NCBI GenBank assembly: GCA_022841915.1
Contig: JALHQN010000022.1
Coordinates: 1,115 to 65,114 of the forward strand
From: Burkholderiales bacterium
Lineage (GTDB): Bacteria; Pseudomonadota; Gammaproteobacteria; Burkholderiales; WYBJ01
Direction of reading: 5' to 3'
DNA: 64,000 bases
Positions 17,797 to 27,533 of the stretch are shown here, one piece after another. Within the stretch, counting starts at the first letter, position 1, and every line of letters starts with the position of its first letter. The position numbers were made by a program, and so were the translations under genes. The notes under the pieces are model-generated. The model was not told the DNA's origin. It saw only the letters and a program-made list of their open reading frames with translations, and did not search any database.

Positions 17797-20506
17797 AGAA
17801 GTCCGCTCCACCTGCTGCTATTGCGGCGTGGGTTGCGGCGTCGTGATCAGTCACGAGCACGGTCGGATCACGGGTGTGCGTGGCGACCCTAGCCACCCAG
17901 CGAATTTCGGGCGGCTGTGCAGCAAGGGGCAGGCCCTGCACGAGACCGTCGCCGGGCATGGCCGTGCGCTGGTGCCGCAATTGCGGCTCGAACGTGCTCT
18001 GCCCCGCGCTCAAGCTTCGTGGGAGACCGCGCTCGATCATGTCGCCGAGCGATTCGCAGCGATCATTCGCGAACACGGTCCCGATGCCGTGGCGTTCTAT
18101 GTGTCCGGGCAGCTGCTGACCGAAGACTATTACGTCTTCAACAAGCTCGCCCGTGCGCTGGTGGGCACGAACAACATCGATTCGAATTCCCGGCTGTGCA
18201 TGTCCTCGGCTGTGGCGGGCTACAAGTGGACGCTGGGTGCAGATGCCCCGCCGACCTGCTACGACGACATCGATAGCGCCGACTGCATCGTCATCGCGGG
18301 TTCCAACGCGGCTTGGGCGCATCCGGTGCTATTCCGTCGGATCGAGGACGCCAAGGCGAAGAACCCCGATCTCAAAATCATCGTCATCGATCCTCGGCGC
18401 ACGGCGACTGCGGAAATCGCCGACCTGCATCTCGCGATCCAACCCGGCACCGATGTGGCGTTGTTCCACGGCATGTTGAACGCCCTGCTGTGGGAGAGCC
18501 TCGCCGATGCGGACTACATCGCCGCCCATACCGAGGGCTTCGACGCGCTGAAGACGCTCGTGCGCGACTATTCCCCGCAATTCGCCGCCGAACTGTGCGG
18601 CATCGATGCCGCCGATCTCCTCACCGCCGCGCGCTGGTTCGGCACCGCGCGTGCCGCGCTGTCGCTGTACTGCATGGGACTCAACCAATCGTCCTGCGGC
18701 ACCGACAAAAATGCCGCGCTCATCAATCTTCATCTGGCCACAGGTCATATCGGGCGTCCCGGTGCCGGGCCGTTTTCGCTGACCGGTCAACCCAACGCGA
18801 TGGGCGGCCGCGAAACCGGCACCATGGCCAACCTATTGATCGGCCATCGCGACCTGACCAACATCGATGATCGGGCCGAAGTCGCCAAGCTCTGGAACGT
18901 GCCCGCGATTCCCGAGCACGCAGGCAAGACCGCCATCGACATGTTCGAGGCTGTTCGGCGGGGCGAGATCAAGGCACTCTGGATCGCCTGCACCAATCCC
19001 GCGCAGTCGCTGCCGAGCCAGGAAGCCGTGCGCGAAGCACTGGAGCGCGCCGAGCTGGTCGTGCTGCAGGAAGCCTACGCCGATACCGAAACTGCGCCTT
19101 ATGCCGACGTGCTGCTGCCCGCCGCCGGCTGGGGCGAGAAGGACGGCACCGTCACCAATTCAGAACGGCGCATCTCGCGGGTACGCGCGGCTGCCCCGCC
19201 CCCCGGCGAAGCGCGGGCGGACTGGCGCATCGTGTGCGACTTCGCCCGGCGGCTCGAACGCAAGATGAATTTTCAGGGCACGACGCGCTTCGGCTTCGAC
19301 AGCCCGCAGCAGATCTTCGACGAGTATCGCGAACTCACGCGCGGACGCAATACCGACATCACCGGACTCACCTACGCCGTGCTCGATGCCCAGGGGCCGC
19401 AGCAGTGGCCTTATCGCACCGGTGCACGGCAGGGGCAAGCGCGCTTGTACGAAGATGGCCTGTTTCCGACGACTTCGGGGCGCGCGCGATTCGTCGCCGC
19501 ACCCTACAAGCCGGTCGCGGAAAACATCGACGCGCGCTTCGCTTTCCGTCTCAACACCGGTCGCCTGCGCGATCAGTGGCACGGCATGACCCGCAGCGGT
19601 CGCGTTGCCCGGCTGTGGGGCCATGCGCCGGAGCCGACCGTGGCGATGAATCCTGCCGATCTAGCCCGGCGCGGGTTGAGCAGCGGTGATCTGGTCCGCC
19701 TCGAATCGCGGCGCGGTCATCTGCACCTTCCAGTGGAGTCGGACGCCGGCCTCGCACCTGGCCACGCCTTTCTGCCGATGCACTGGGGCGGTCGCTACCT
19801 GTCGGGGGCGGGCGCCAACGCGCTGACGCTGCCGGTGATCGACCCGAAATCCTTTCAGCCGGAGCTCAAGCACTGTGCGATCCGCATCAGCAAGGCCACA
19901 TTGCCTTGGCGTATGGTGGCCTTCGGCACGCCGCGCGATGGCGATGCGCTCGAACAGCTCGCCCGGGTGCAGTCCTGGTTGCCGAAGTTCGACTTCGCTT
20001 CCTGCGCGCTGACACCGCAGGCGGGCGGGGTCCTGTTGCGCGCAGCCGCGGATGCGGCACCCGATGCCTCCGTGCTGGCCGCCCTGCACGCGCTGTTCGA
20101 ACTGGATGGCGGAGATGTTTTGCGCTACGAGGATCCGAGACGCGGTCACACCCGACGCATCCGTCTTGCGGGTGACAAGATCGCCGCGGTTTGCCTGGTC
20201 GGCGAGGGCACCGGGGAATCCTGGCTGCGTGAGTTTCACGCGCAGGGGCTGTCCGCCGCTCACCTGGGCACGCGACTGCTGGCACCGACGTCACAGGCTC
20301 CGGCCGGCGCTGCGGCGCGCGGACGCGTCGTCTGCAGTTGCCATGGGGTCGGCGAAGTCGCGATCGCACAGGCGCTGCAGGCTGTCGTGGGCGATGCTGC
20401 GACCAAGCTCGAGGCCGTGCAACGGGCGCTGCGATGCGGCACCGAATGCGGCTCCTGCCTGCCCGAACTGCGCAAGCTTTCGGCCTCGGCGATGAAGGCG
20501 GCGTGA
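17789..20506 (+). CDS. nasA: assimilatory nitrate reductase catalytic subunit (molybdopterin, with C-terminal BFD-like 2Fe-2S domain)
   Basis: Start MPEEVRSTCCYCGVGCGV is the N-terminal 4Fe-4S motif. The start overlaps the nirD end by 8 nt. Length is 905 aa. The C-terminus carries CSCHGV...CGTECGSC. Confidence 0.9.
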   Translation: MPEEVRSTCCYCGVGCGVVISHEHGRITGVRGDPSHPANFGRLCSKGQALHETVAGHGRALVPQLRLERALPRAQASWETALDHVAERFAAIIREHGPDAVAFYVSGQLLTEDYYVFNKLARALVGTNNIDSNSRLCMSSAVAGYKWTLGADAPPTCYDDIDSADCIVIAGSNAAWAHPVLFRRIEDAKAKNPDLKIIVIDPRRTATAEIADLHLAIQPGTDVALFHGMLNALLWESLADADYIAAHTEGFDALKTLVRDYSPQFAAELCGIDAADLLTAARWFGTARAALSLYCMGLNQSSCGTDKNAALINLHLATGHIGRPGAGPFSLTGQPNAMGGRETGTMANLLIGHRDLTNIDDRAEVAKLWNVPAIPEHAGKTAIDMFEAVRRGEIKALWIACTNPAQSLPSQEAVREALERAELVVLQEAYADTETAPYADVLLPAAGWGEKDGTVTNSERRISRVRAAAPPPGEARADWRIVCDFARRLERKMNFQGTTRFGFDSPQQIFDEYRELTRGRNTDITGLTYAVLDAQGPQQWPYRTGARQGQARLYEDGLFPTTSGRARFVAAPYKPVAENIDARFAFRLNTGRLRDQWHGMTRSGRVARLWGHAPEPTVAMNPADLARRGLSSGDLVRLESRRGHLHLPVESDAGLAPGHAFLPMHWGGRYLSGAGANALTLPVIDPKSFQPELKHCAIRISKATLPWRMVAFGTPRDGDALEQLARVQSWLPKFDFASCALTPQAGGVLLRAAADAAPDASVLAALHALFELDGGDVLRYEDPRRGHTRRIRLAGDKIAAVCLVGEGTGESWLREFHAQGLSAAHLGTRLLAPTSQAPAGAAARGRVVCSCHGVGEVAIAQALQAVVGDAATKLEAVQRALRCGTECGSCLPELRKLSASAMKAA

Positions 20507-20508
20507 CC

Positions 20509-21273
20509 ATGGCGAGTGCGGGCAAAGTCTGGTTGGTCGGCGCAGGTCCGGGCGATCCGGAGTTGCTGACGTTGAAGGCTGTCCGTGTGCTGTACGAAGC
20601 CGACGTGGTCCTGGTCGACGATCTGGTCAATCCCGCGGTGTTGGGCCACATGAAGCCCGGGGCGCGGGTGATACACGTCGGCAAGCGCGGCGGCTGCAAG
20701 TCCACCCCGCAGGCCTTCATCGAGAAATTGCTGGTCGCAGAAGCCAAAGCGGGCAACACCGTGGTTCGCCTCAAGGGTGGGGATCCTTTCGTCTTCGGGC
20801 GTGGGGGTGAGGAAACCGCGGCGCTCGATGCCGCCGGGGTGCACTGGCAAGTGGTCAGCGGCATCACCTCGGGTATTGCCGCACCCGCTGCCGCCGGCAT
20901 TCCGGTCACGCACCGCGAGGCCGGACGAGGCGTGGCCTTCATCACCGGTCATACGCGCGAGGGCGCTGCGGTCGATTGGGAAGCGCTGGCGCGCTCGGGG
21001 CTGACGCTGGTGATCTACATGGGCATCGCTCGCTGCGAGGACATCGTCGCCGGGCTGCGCCGGGGCGGCCTGCGCGCCACGTTGCCGGCCGCAGTGATTC
21101 AGCACGCGACCTTGCCGCAGCAGCGGGTGATCGCCTCCTCCCTGGCGCGGTTGCCCGAAGACATCCGCGCCTGCGGCATAGGCAGCCCGGCCATCCTGGT
21201 GATCGGTGAAGTCGCCGATGCCGCGCGCATGGCAGGGCAGTGCGCCGACGAGAGTTTGGCGGGCTCGGCGTAA
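20509..21273 (+). CDS. cobA: uroporphyrinogen-III C-methyltransferase (sirohaem branch)
   Basis: VWLVGAGPGDPELLTLKA, RLKGGDPFVFGRGGEE and VSGITS are SUMT hallmarks. Confidence 0.9.
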   Translation: MASAGKVWLVGAGPGDPELLTLKAVRVLYEADVVLVDDLVNPAVLGHMKPGARVIHVGKRGGCKSTPQAFIEKLLVAEAKAGNTVVRLKGGDPFVFGRGGEETAALDAAGVHWQVVSGITSGIAAPAAAGIPVTHREAGRGVAFITGHTREGAAVDWEALARSGLTLVIYMGIARCEDIVAGLRRGGLRATLPAAVIQHATLPQQRVIASSLARLPEDIRACGIGSPAILVIGEVADAARMAGQCADESLAGSA

Positions 21274-21302
21274 ACCTCGGCGCTCGGCCTGCGCCGAGGT
21301 TT
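21272..21302. terminator. hairpin spanning both stop codons of convergent genes
   Basis: aaacctcggcg / cgccgaggttt forms an 11-bp stem with a 9-nt loop. Confidence 0.5.
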
Positions 21303-21750
21303 AATCGGTATATCGGATCGCGATCGAACGCACCGTATAAGCATTGCCGCCGGGGAGCACCCGCTGAGCCGGGTACGCAAAGGGCATGGGGTCGAACCAG
21401 TAGCGGTACCCGTGCCAGCGGTCGTGATACCAGGGCAGATAAGGCGGCCAGGGTTCGTGGATGATGATCGGCGGCTGGTAGATGCTGCTCGTCTCGAGCA
21501 CGAGCAGTGCATGCGCGCCGAGCTTGCGCGCCTGTTCGCGTGCATCTTCGAGCACCGAGGGCTCCGGCTCGCCCGCCAATCCCTTCGATTCGAGTTTGGC
21601 GATCTCGACATAGGGTCGCGTCGGCGCCTTGAGAAGAATCTGCACCGAGGGTGTGGGCGTGTACTTTTGCGTCGGATCGAGCAGGACGACGCTGGTCGTC
21701 GTGGCGCATCCGCCGAGCAGGCACAGGAGAAAGACAAAGAGTATGCGCAT
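21301..21750 (-). CDS. lipoprotein of unknown function
   Basis: MRILFVFLLCLLGGC is a lipobox (LLGGC). Length is 149 aa. Confidence 0.7.
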   Translation of the reverse strand: MRILFVFLLCLLGGCATTTSVVLLDPTQKYTPTPSVQILLKAPTRPYVEIAKLESKGLAGEPEPSVLEDAREQARKLGAHALLVLETSSIYQPPIIIHEPWPPYLPWYHDRWHGYRYWFDPMPFAYPAQRVLPGGNAYTVRSIAIRYTD

Positions 21751-21818
21751 ATAGGTTAGGACCCGGGCGACCGGCTTAGAATTCCCCCCGGCGCGTTCAT
21801 TTCGAGAAAGCAGCCAGC

Positions 21819-23423
21819 GTGGGGCAAGCGACGGATTTCGATGCAGCGATCATCGGTGGCGGCCACAATGGGCTGACCTGCGCGTGCTATCTCGCGGCCG
21901 CGGGCTTGAAGGTCGGCGTGTTCGAGCGCCACGAGCGCGTCGGAGGCGCGGCGCTGACCGAGGAATTCCATCCTGGATTCCGCAACTCGGTGGCTGCGTA
22001 TACCGTCAGTTTGCTTCATCCGAAAGTGATCCGCGATCTGAGCCTGCATCAGCATGGACTGAGGATCGTACACCGGCCGATGGCGAATTTCCTCCCGCTC
22101 GGCGCGAGCGACGGTTTTCGCATGGGTCGCGGCGCGGCCGAAGACCAAGCGGAAGTGGCGCGGTTCTCGTCGGCGGACGCCCAACGCCTGCCCGCGTACC
22201 AGGCGATGCTGGGGCAGGTGGCCGACGTGCTGCGTGCGCTCGCGCAGGAGACGCCTCCGAACGTCGGCGGCGGGCTCACCGACCTGATGGCAGCGCTCAA
22301 GGCCGGCAATCGCCTGCGCGGACTCGATCTGGCCGCGCGTCGCGACGTGCTGGACCTCTTTACCAAGAGCGCGGGCGATCTGCTGGATGCCTGGTTCGAA
22401 TCGACCCCGCTGAAAGCGTGTTTCGGTTTCGATGCCATCGTCGGCAACTATGCCAGTCCGTATACGCCCGGCACGGCCTACGTGCTCCTGCATCACGTCT
22501 TCGGCGAGATCAACGGGGTGCGAGGCGCCTGGGGCCATGCGATCGGGGGCATGGGCGCGATCACGCAGGCGATGCACGCCGAAGCACGGCGGCTGGGTGT
22601 CGTCGTTCATACGAACGCCGCCGTGAGCCGGGTTCTGGTGAGCAATGGTCGCGCGCAGGGCATTGCTCTCGATGACGGCCGTGAATTTCGCGCCCGGATC
22701 GTGGCCTCGAATCTCAATCCGCGGCTGCTTTTTCTCGATCTCGTGGAACCGGGCGCGCTCGATGAAGATTTTCTGCGCCGCATGCGGGCCTATCGCTGTG
22801 CCTCGGCGACGTTCCGCATGAACGTCGCGTTGTCGGAACTGCCCCGCTTCGAGTGCGCGCCGGAACCGGGGCCGCATCTGAGTTCGGGCATCATCATGGC
22901 GCCCTCCCTCGCCTACATGGAAAGGGCGTTCGCGGATGCCCGCGAGCAGGGGTGGTCCCGCTCACCCGTGGTCGAGATGCTCATCCCGAGCACGCTCGAC
23001 GATACGCTGGCGCCCAGCGGTCAGCATGTCGCGAGTCTCTTCTGCCAGCATTTCGCCCCGCAGTTGCCCGATGGTCGCACCTGGGACGATGCCCGGGACA
23101 TCGCGGCGGACACCATCATCGACACCGTGACGCGCCATGCGCCGAACTTCAAGGCATCCGTGATCGCGCGCACCGCCTTGTCGCCGCTCGATCTCGAACG
23201 CCGGTTCGGTCTCATCGGCGGCGACATCTTCCACGGTGCCTTGACGCTCGATCAACTGTGGGCGGCCAGGCCCGTGTTGGGCCACGGAGCCTACCGTTCG
23301 CCGATCCGAGGGCTCTACATGTGCGGTGCTGGAACGCATCCGGGCGGCGGCGTGACCGGCCTGCCCGGGATGAACTCGGCTCGCGAAATCCTGCGCGACT
23401 GGCGCAAGCGCTCGCGGCGCTAG
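21819..23423 (+). CDS. phytoene-desaturase-family (CrtI-like) NAD(P)/FAD-dependent oxidoreductase
   Basis: GTG start. DAAIIGGGHNGLTCACYLAAAGLKVGVFE is a dinucleotide-binding fold. The C-terminus has GLYMCGAGTHPGGGV. Confidence 0.85.
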   Translation: MGQATDFDAAIIGGGHNGLTCACYLAAAGLKVGVFERHERVGGAALTEEFHPGFRNSVAAYTVSLLHPKVIRDLSLHQHGLRIVHRPMANFLPLGASDGFRMGRGAAEDQAEVARFSSADAQRLPAYQAMLGQVADVLRALAQETPPNVGGGLTDLMAALKAGNRLRGLDLAARRDVLDLFTKSAGDLLDAWFESTPLKACFGFDAIVGNYASPYTPGTAYVLLHHVFGEINGVRGAWGHAIGGMGAITQAMHAEARRLGVVVHTNAAVSRVLVSNGRAQGIALDDGREFRARIVASNLNPRLLFLDLVEPGALDEDFLRRMRAYRCASATFRMNVALSELPRFECAPEPGPHLSSGIIMAPSLAYMERAFADAREQGWSRSPVVEMLIPSTLDDTLAPSGQHVASLFCQHFAPQLPDGRTWDDARDIAADTIIDTVTRHAPNFKASVIARTALSPLDLERRFGLIGGDIFHGALTLDQLWAARPVLGHGAYRSPIRGLYMCGAGTHPGGGVTGLPGMNSAREILRDWRKRSRR

Positions 23424-23487
23424 TTGCCAGCCAACGGGGCGTTTGCCGATTACGGGCTCAGGACCCTAGCCGGCTCGGTCGGGCGGC

Positions 23488-24069
23488 TCAGTCGTGCGCT
23501 TCGGGTTCGGGCTGCGCCGGCTTGGGCTTCGTGCCGGTGTACAGGTCGGGCCAGCGGCGCAGCGTCTCGTCGCTGTCGGGCGTGTACATGTGGCAGGTAT
23601 TGAAATGAAACGGGATGTCCCCGGGCTTGCGCGGCCCGCGCGGGCGGAAGCGGTTGATGCTCTGAAACGCGACGGTCGCCACACGTCCGAGCAGTTCCCA
23701 TTGGTGCGTGCAGCCGTTGGCGCCGCCCAGCACCCCCCGCAGTTCCTTGGTCCAGCCGCGCCCGATTCGCTTGCCTACCAGCGCGGAGAACTTCGGCGTG
23801 ATGTCGCCGCAGGGAGAAAACGGGCCGGCGTCGGTGACCGCAATCGCCTCGTGGATCACCATGTCGGCGTCGATCGTCACCCGCAGCCACATGTCATGGG
23901 CGGGCTCGCCCGCGGGCAGATCGCGGCCGACGCGCTTCTTCCAGGTGTAGGGCTTCACGTCGGTCAGATGGCCTTCGATATCCCAAAGGCCATCTTCGCG
24001 TTCATAGCCGCGGCAATCGATGACCCGCGTGTGCATGATCTTGCGCGCGGCGGCAGGCGGTAGTGGCAT
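23488..24069 (-). CDS. DUF2889-like protein (paralog 1)
   Basis: 193 aa. Starts MPLPPAAARKIMHTRVIDCRGYEREDGLWDIEGHL... and has conserved Cys/His positions (IDCRGY, PCG, GCTH, TCHMY). Confidence 0.75.
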   Translation of the reverse strand: MPLPPAAARKIMHTRVIDCRGYEREDGLWDIEGHLTDVKPYTWKKRVGRDLPAGEPAHDMWLRVTIDADMVIHEAIAVTDAGPFSPCGDITPKFSALVGKRIGRGWTKELRGVLGGANGCTHQWELLGRVATVAFQSINRFRPRGPRKPGDIPFHFNTCHMYTPDSDETLRRWPDLYTGTKPKPAQPEPEAHD

Positions 24070-24314
24070 TTCTCGTCCTCATTGCTCGATTGGATGTATT
24101 GCCCTGCGCGTGTCGCTTGCGGACACGCGGCTAGGGTCGGCGGATGGTGCCGAAGGGCCAAATACATACCGGCTTTTGCGCCGGGGAGCAACGAGAACCG
24201 AGCATGCGGCTGTGCCCTGCGCTCGGTCGCGCGGCGATCGAAGCGCATGCTTTGGCGTGCGGCGAGATCGCAGGGCAAGGCCAGGGAAGAGCATTCCCCG
24301 GCCAACATTCGAAG

Positions 24315-24893
24315 CTACGCGAGCGGCAGATCGCCCGTGCTGGGCTTCGGACCGCTGTACATGTGCGGCCAGCGTTCCAGGGTCGCTACGCTCGTGGCGG
24401 TATACATGTGGCAGGTGTTGAACTGATACGGGACCTGGCCCGGCAGTACCGGTCGAGAGGCATCCCGCGCACTGACGGTCGATTGATAGGCGACCGTGGC
24501 GACCCGTCCCAGCAGTTCCCACATGTGCGTGCAGCCGCTCGAACCACCCAACTTCGGACGCAGGTCCTTGGTCCAGCCGCGCTGGATCTTCACGCCCTTC
24601 AAGGCGTCGAAGTTCGGCGTGATATTCCCGCATGCGCGGTAAGGGCTTGCATCGGTGACCGCGACGGCGTCGTGTATCTTCATGTCCAGGTCGATCGTGA
24701 GGCGTAGCCACATGTCGTGTACCGGCTCGCCCGCGGGCAGTCCGGTCTTGGATTCGCGCCTGCGCCAGTGGTAGGCCTTGGTATCGACCAGATGGCCCTC
24801 GATGTCCCAGAGACCATCCTCGCGTTCGTAACCGCGACAATCGATGGTGCGGGTGTGGACGAGCTTGCGGGCGGAGGCAGGCGGCAGCGGCAT
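24315..24893 (-). CDS. DUF2889-like protein (paralog 2)
   Basis: This is the internal start MPLPPASARKLVHTRTIDCRGYEREDGLWDIEGHL of track ORF 24315..25211. Length is 192 aa. It is roughly 60% identical by eye to paralog 1. Confidence 0.75.
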   Translation of the reverse strand: MPLPPASARKLVHTRTIDCRGYEREDGLWDIEGHLVDTKAYHWRRRESKTGLPAGEPVHDMWLRLTIDLDMKIHDAVAVTDASPYRACGNITPNFDALKGVKIQRGWTKDLRPKLGGSSGCTHMWELLGRVATVAYQSTVSARDASRPVLPGQVPYQFNTCHMYTATSVATLERWPHMYSGPKPSTGDLPLA

Positions 24894-25048
24894 ATCGGTT
24901 CCTCGTGCATCGGTGGGTGTGAAGGACAGCCAAAGGGTACACGATTCGTCCCTTTCCTCGTACGTGGGGCGCGGCACTGTCCACGTGCGCCGGGCTGGAC
25001 GCCTTCCCGGCCTGTCGAGGACGGGCTTGCCGGTGCGGGCGCAGCGGT

Positions 25049-25237
25049 TCAGGCCCCGGGAGCGCCGGGCGATTTTCTGGCGGGCAGGGCGCGCAGGACG
25101 GCGAGCTTTTGGCTGTCGTTCAGGATCGACCAGTCCGCAATCTCGTCCAGCGTGCGATGACAGCCGGCGCAGAGCCCGGTGTCCGCATCGATCTGGCAGA
25201 CGTCGATGCATGGGGAGGTGATCGGTGGATGTTGCAT
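25049..25237 (-). CDS. DUF1289-type small Cys-rich (putative Fe-S) protein
   Basis: MQHPPITSPCIDVCQIDADTGLCAGCHRTLDEIADW is the typical DUF1289 CxxxC...CxxC pattern. Length is 62 aa. Confidence 0.7.
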   Translation of the reverse strand: MQHPPITSPCIDVCQIDADTGLCAGCHRTLDEIADWSILNDSQKLAVLRALPARKSPGAPGA

Positions 25238-25334
25238 GGGGTTGCGGTCAGCAGAGGTTCGGGGCCTGGGTTTGCGTATCGGCCCGCAGGCGGCACAGTG
25301 TAGGCTCACGAATCCAGCGTAGGCAAGGCGCACC

Positions 25335-26576
25335 ATGGACGATTCAGGGGTGGCAATCAAACGCGCGCGTCTGCGCTCCATGCAGCGGCTGGCAACGTTG
25401 CTGCTGGTCCTCATGCTGTCGCTGCTCGTGCTCAGCGTCGTCTTCAAGGACGTCCACCCGGCAATGCAGTGGCTGCAGGCGTTCGCCTTGGCGGCCAGCG
25501 TCGGTGCGATCGCCGATTGGTTCGCCGTCGTCGCCTTGTTCCATCATCCGATGGGCATTCCCTTGCCGCACACGGCGATCGTTGCGCGCAACAAGGACAG
25601 GATAGGCGAGAGCCTGGGGCACTTCGTCGAGCACAATTTCCTGACGGTGGAGAATGTGGTGCGCAAGCTCGAACAGCGCAACCTCGGTCGCACGGCCGCC
25701 GACTGGATCGGCAACGAGACCAACGCCGATGCCGTCGCCGGCCAGTTGTGTGCGCTGGTGCCCGGCATGGTCAACGCGCTCGACGACGACGATGTGCGCG
25801 GGCTGTTCGCCCGCACCCTGGGCGCTCAGCTCGACAAGGTCGACACGGCGAGCATCGTCGCCAATGTGCTGACGGTGCTGACGGCGGGCGGACGCCACCA
25901 GGCGCTCCTCGACCGCGCGCTGCACGGCCTGGAGGCGTGGCTCAAGGTCAATCAGGAGGCCATCACCGCGCGCTTCGGCGACGCGTCGAAGTACACGCCG
26001 CGGGTGTTCGATGCGTTCATCGTGAAGAAATTCGTCGCCGGCGTCGTCGGCTTGCTGCAGGAGGTGGCGGCCAGCCCCGAGCACGACATTCGGCGCCAGT
26101 TCGACGCCGCTACCCACGACTTCATCGCCAAGCTCAATACCTCGGACGAATACCGTGCTCAGGCGGATGCGCTCAAGCGCGAGTTGCTGCAGCACCTGGA
26201 GCGGGAGGGCTACTATTCGGTGGTCTGGTCCGATATCAAGCAGCGCCTGCAAGCGGACCTCGGCTCCGAGGTCTCGGTCATCAAGCGTCATCTGCGCGAG
26301 GTGCTGCAGAAGCTCGGCAACGGTCTGAGGGAGGACATGCTGCTGCAGGAGAAGCTCAATGCGTGGTCGATGCAGATCATCGAAACGCTGCTCCTGCGCC
26401 ATCGACACCAGGTGTCCGGGCTCATCGCCGAGGTGGTCAAGGGCTGGGACGCGCGCGAGCTCACCGAGAAAATGGAGCTCGAGATGGGACGTGATCTGCA
26501 GTACATCCGCATCAACGGCACGCTGGTGGGCGGGCTGGTCGGCCTGGTGCTGCACACTGCCATCGGCCTGATCTGA
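25335..26576 (+). CDS. DUF445-family membrane protein
   Basis: 413 aa. An N-terminal TM pair carries the WFAVVALFHHPMGIPLPHTAIV motif, and there is a C-terminal TM. This is a YjiN/DUF445-like layout. Confidence 0.75.
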   Translation: MDDSGVAIKRARLRSMQRLATLLLVLMLSLLVLSVVFKDVHPAMQWLQAFALAASVGAIADWFAVVALFHHPMGIPLPHTAIVARNKDRIGESLGHFVEHNFLTVENVVRKLEQRNLGRTAADWIGNETNADAVAGQLCALVPGMVNALDDDDVRGLFARTLGAQLDKVDTASIVANVLTVLTAGGRHQALLDRALHGLEAWLKVNQEAITARFGDASKYTPRVFDAFIVKKFVAGVVGLLQEVAASPEHDIRRQFDAATHDFIAKLNTSDEYRAQADALKRELLQHLEREGYYSVVWSDIKQRLQADLGSEVSVIKRHLREVLQKLGNGLREDMLLQEKLNAWSMQIIETLLLRHRHQVSGLIAEVVKGWDARELTEKMELEMGRDLQYIRINGTLVGGLVGLVLHTAIGLI

Positions 26577-26583
26577 AGGCGCT

Positions 26584-26608
26584 CCCCGGCCACGCCGCAT
26601 GGCCGGGG
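26584..26608. terminator. hairpin between convergent genes
   Basis: ccccggcc / ggccgggg forms an 8-bp stem with a 9-nt loop. There is no clear U-tract. Confidence 0.4.
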
Positions 26609-26624
26609 CATCGATTCGGACGGA

Positions 26625-27533
26625 TCAGGCGGCCTTGGCCATCAAGGCGCGCGCCACGCGCGAGCCCGTGGGGCGGCCGAGAAAATCGCAAATGTAGCGG
26701 CCGGCTTCGACGAGCTTGCCCATGTCGACGCCGGTTTCGATGTTCAGGCCTTCCAGCATGAAGAGCACGTCCTCGGTGGCGACATTGCCCGTGGCCCCCT
26801 TGGCGTAAGGGCAGCCGCCGAGCCCGGCGATCGAGCTGTCGAACACCGCCACCCCGCATTCGAGCGCGGCATAGGTGTTGGCGAGCGCCTGGCCGTAGGT
26901 GTCGTGGAAATGGCCGGCGAGCTTCTCGACCGGGATGTGGCGGGCGACGTCCTCGAAAACGGCCCGCGTCTTGCCGGGCGTGCCGACCCCGATCGTATCG
27001 GCGATGCACACTTCGTAGCAGCCCATCGCGTACAGTTCGCGCGCGACGGCCGTGACCTGGGCGGGATCGACCTCGCCGTCGTAAGGGCAACCCAGGCACA
27101 CCGAGATGTCGCCGCGCACCCGGATGCCCCGGTCGAGCGCCTCGTCGCAGACCTCGGCAAAGCGCGCGAGCCCTTCGGCGATGGTGCAGTTCGTATTGCG
27201 CTTGGAGAAGGCCTCGCTGGCGGCACCGAAGATCACGATTTCGTCGCAACCGGCGGCGATGGCGCCGTCCAGTCCCTTGCGATTGGGCACGAGCACGGGA
27301 TAGCTCACGCCGGGCTTGCGCCGGATCTTCGCGAGCACCTCGGGTGCGTCGGCCAGCTGCGGCACCCACTTCGGCGAGACGAAGCTGGTCGCTTCTACGA
27401 CCGGCAGACCGGCCTCGGTCAGCCGATCGATCAGGCCGACCTTGATCTCGACCGGCACGACGTTCTTCTCGTTCTGCAGGCCGTCGCGCGGGCCGACTTC
27501 GAACATGCGAACTTTTTTGGGCAGATTCATCAC
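26625..27533 (-). CDS. liuE: hydroxymethylglutaryl-CoA lyase
   Basis: 302 aa. Contains VEVGPRDGLQNE, DTIGVGTP and HFHDTYGQALAN motifs. Confidence 0.9.
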   Translation of the reverse strand: MMNLPKKVRMFEVGPRDGLQNEKNVVPVEIKVGLIDRLTEAGLPVVEATSFVSPKWVPQLADAPEVLAKIRRKPGVSYPVLVPNRKGLDGAIAAGCDEIVIFGAASEAFSKRNTNCTIAEGLARFAEVCDEALDRGIRVRGDISVCLGCPYDGEVDPAQVTAVARELYAMGCYEVCIADTIGVGTPGKTRAVFEDVARHIPVEKLAGHFHDTYGQALANTYAALECGVAVFDSSIAGLGGCPYAKGATGNVATEDVLFMLEGLNIETGVDMGKLVEAGRYICDFLGRPTGSRVARALMAKAA

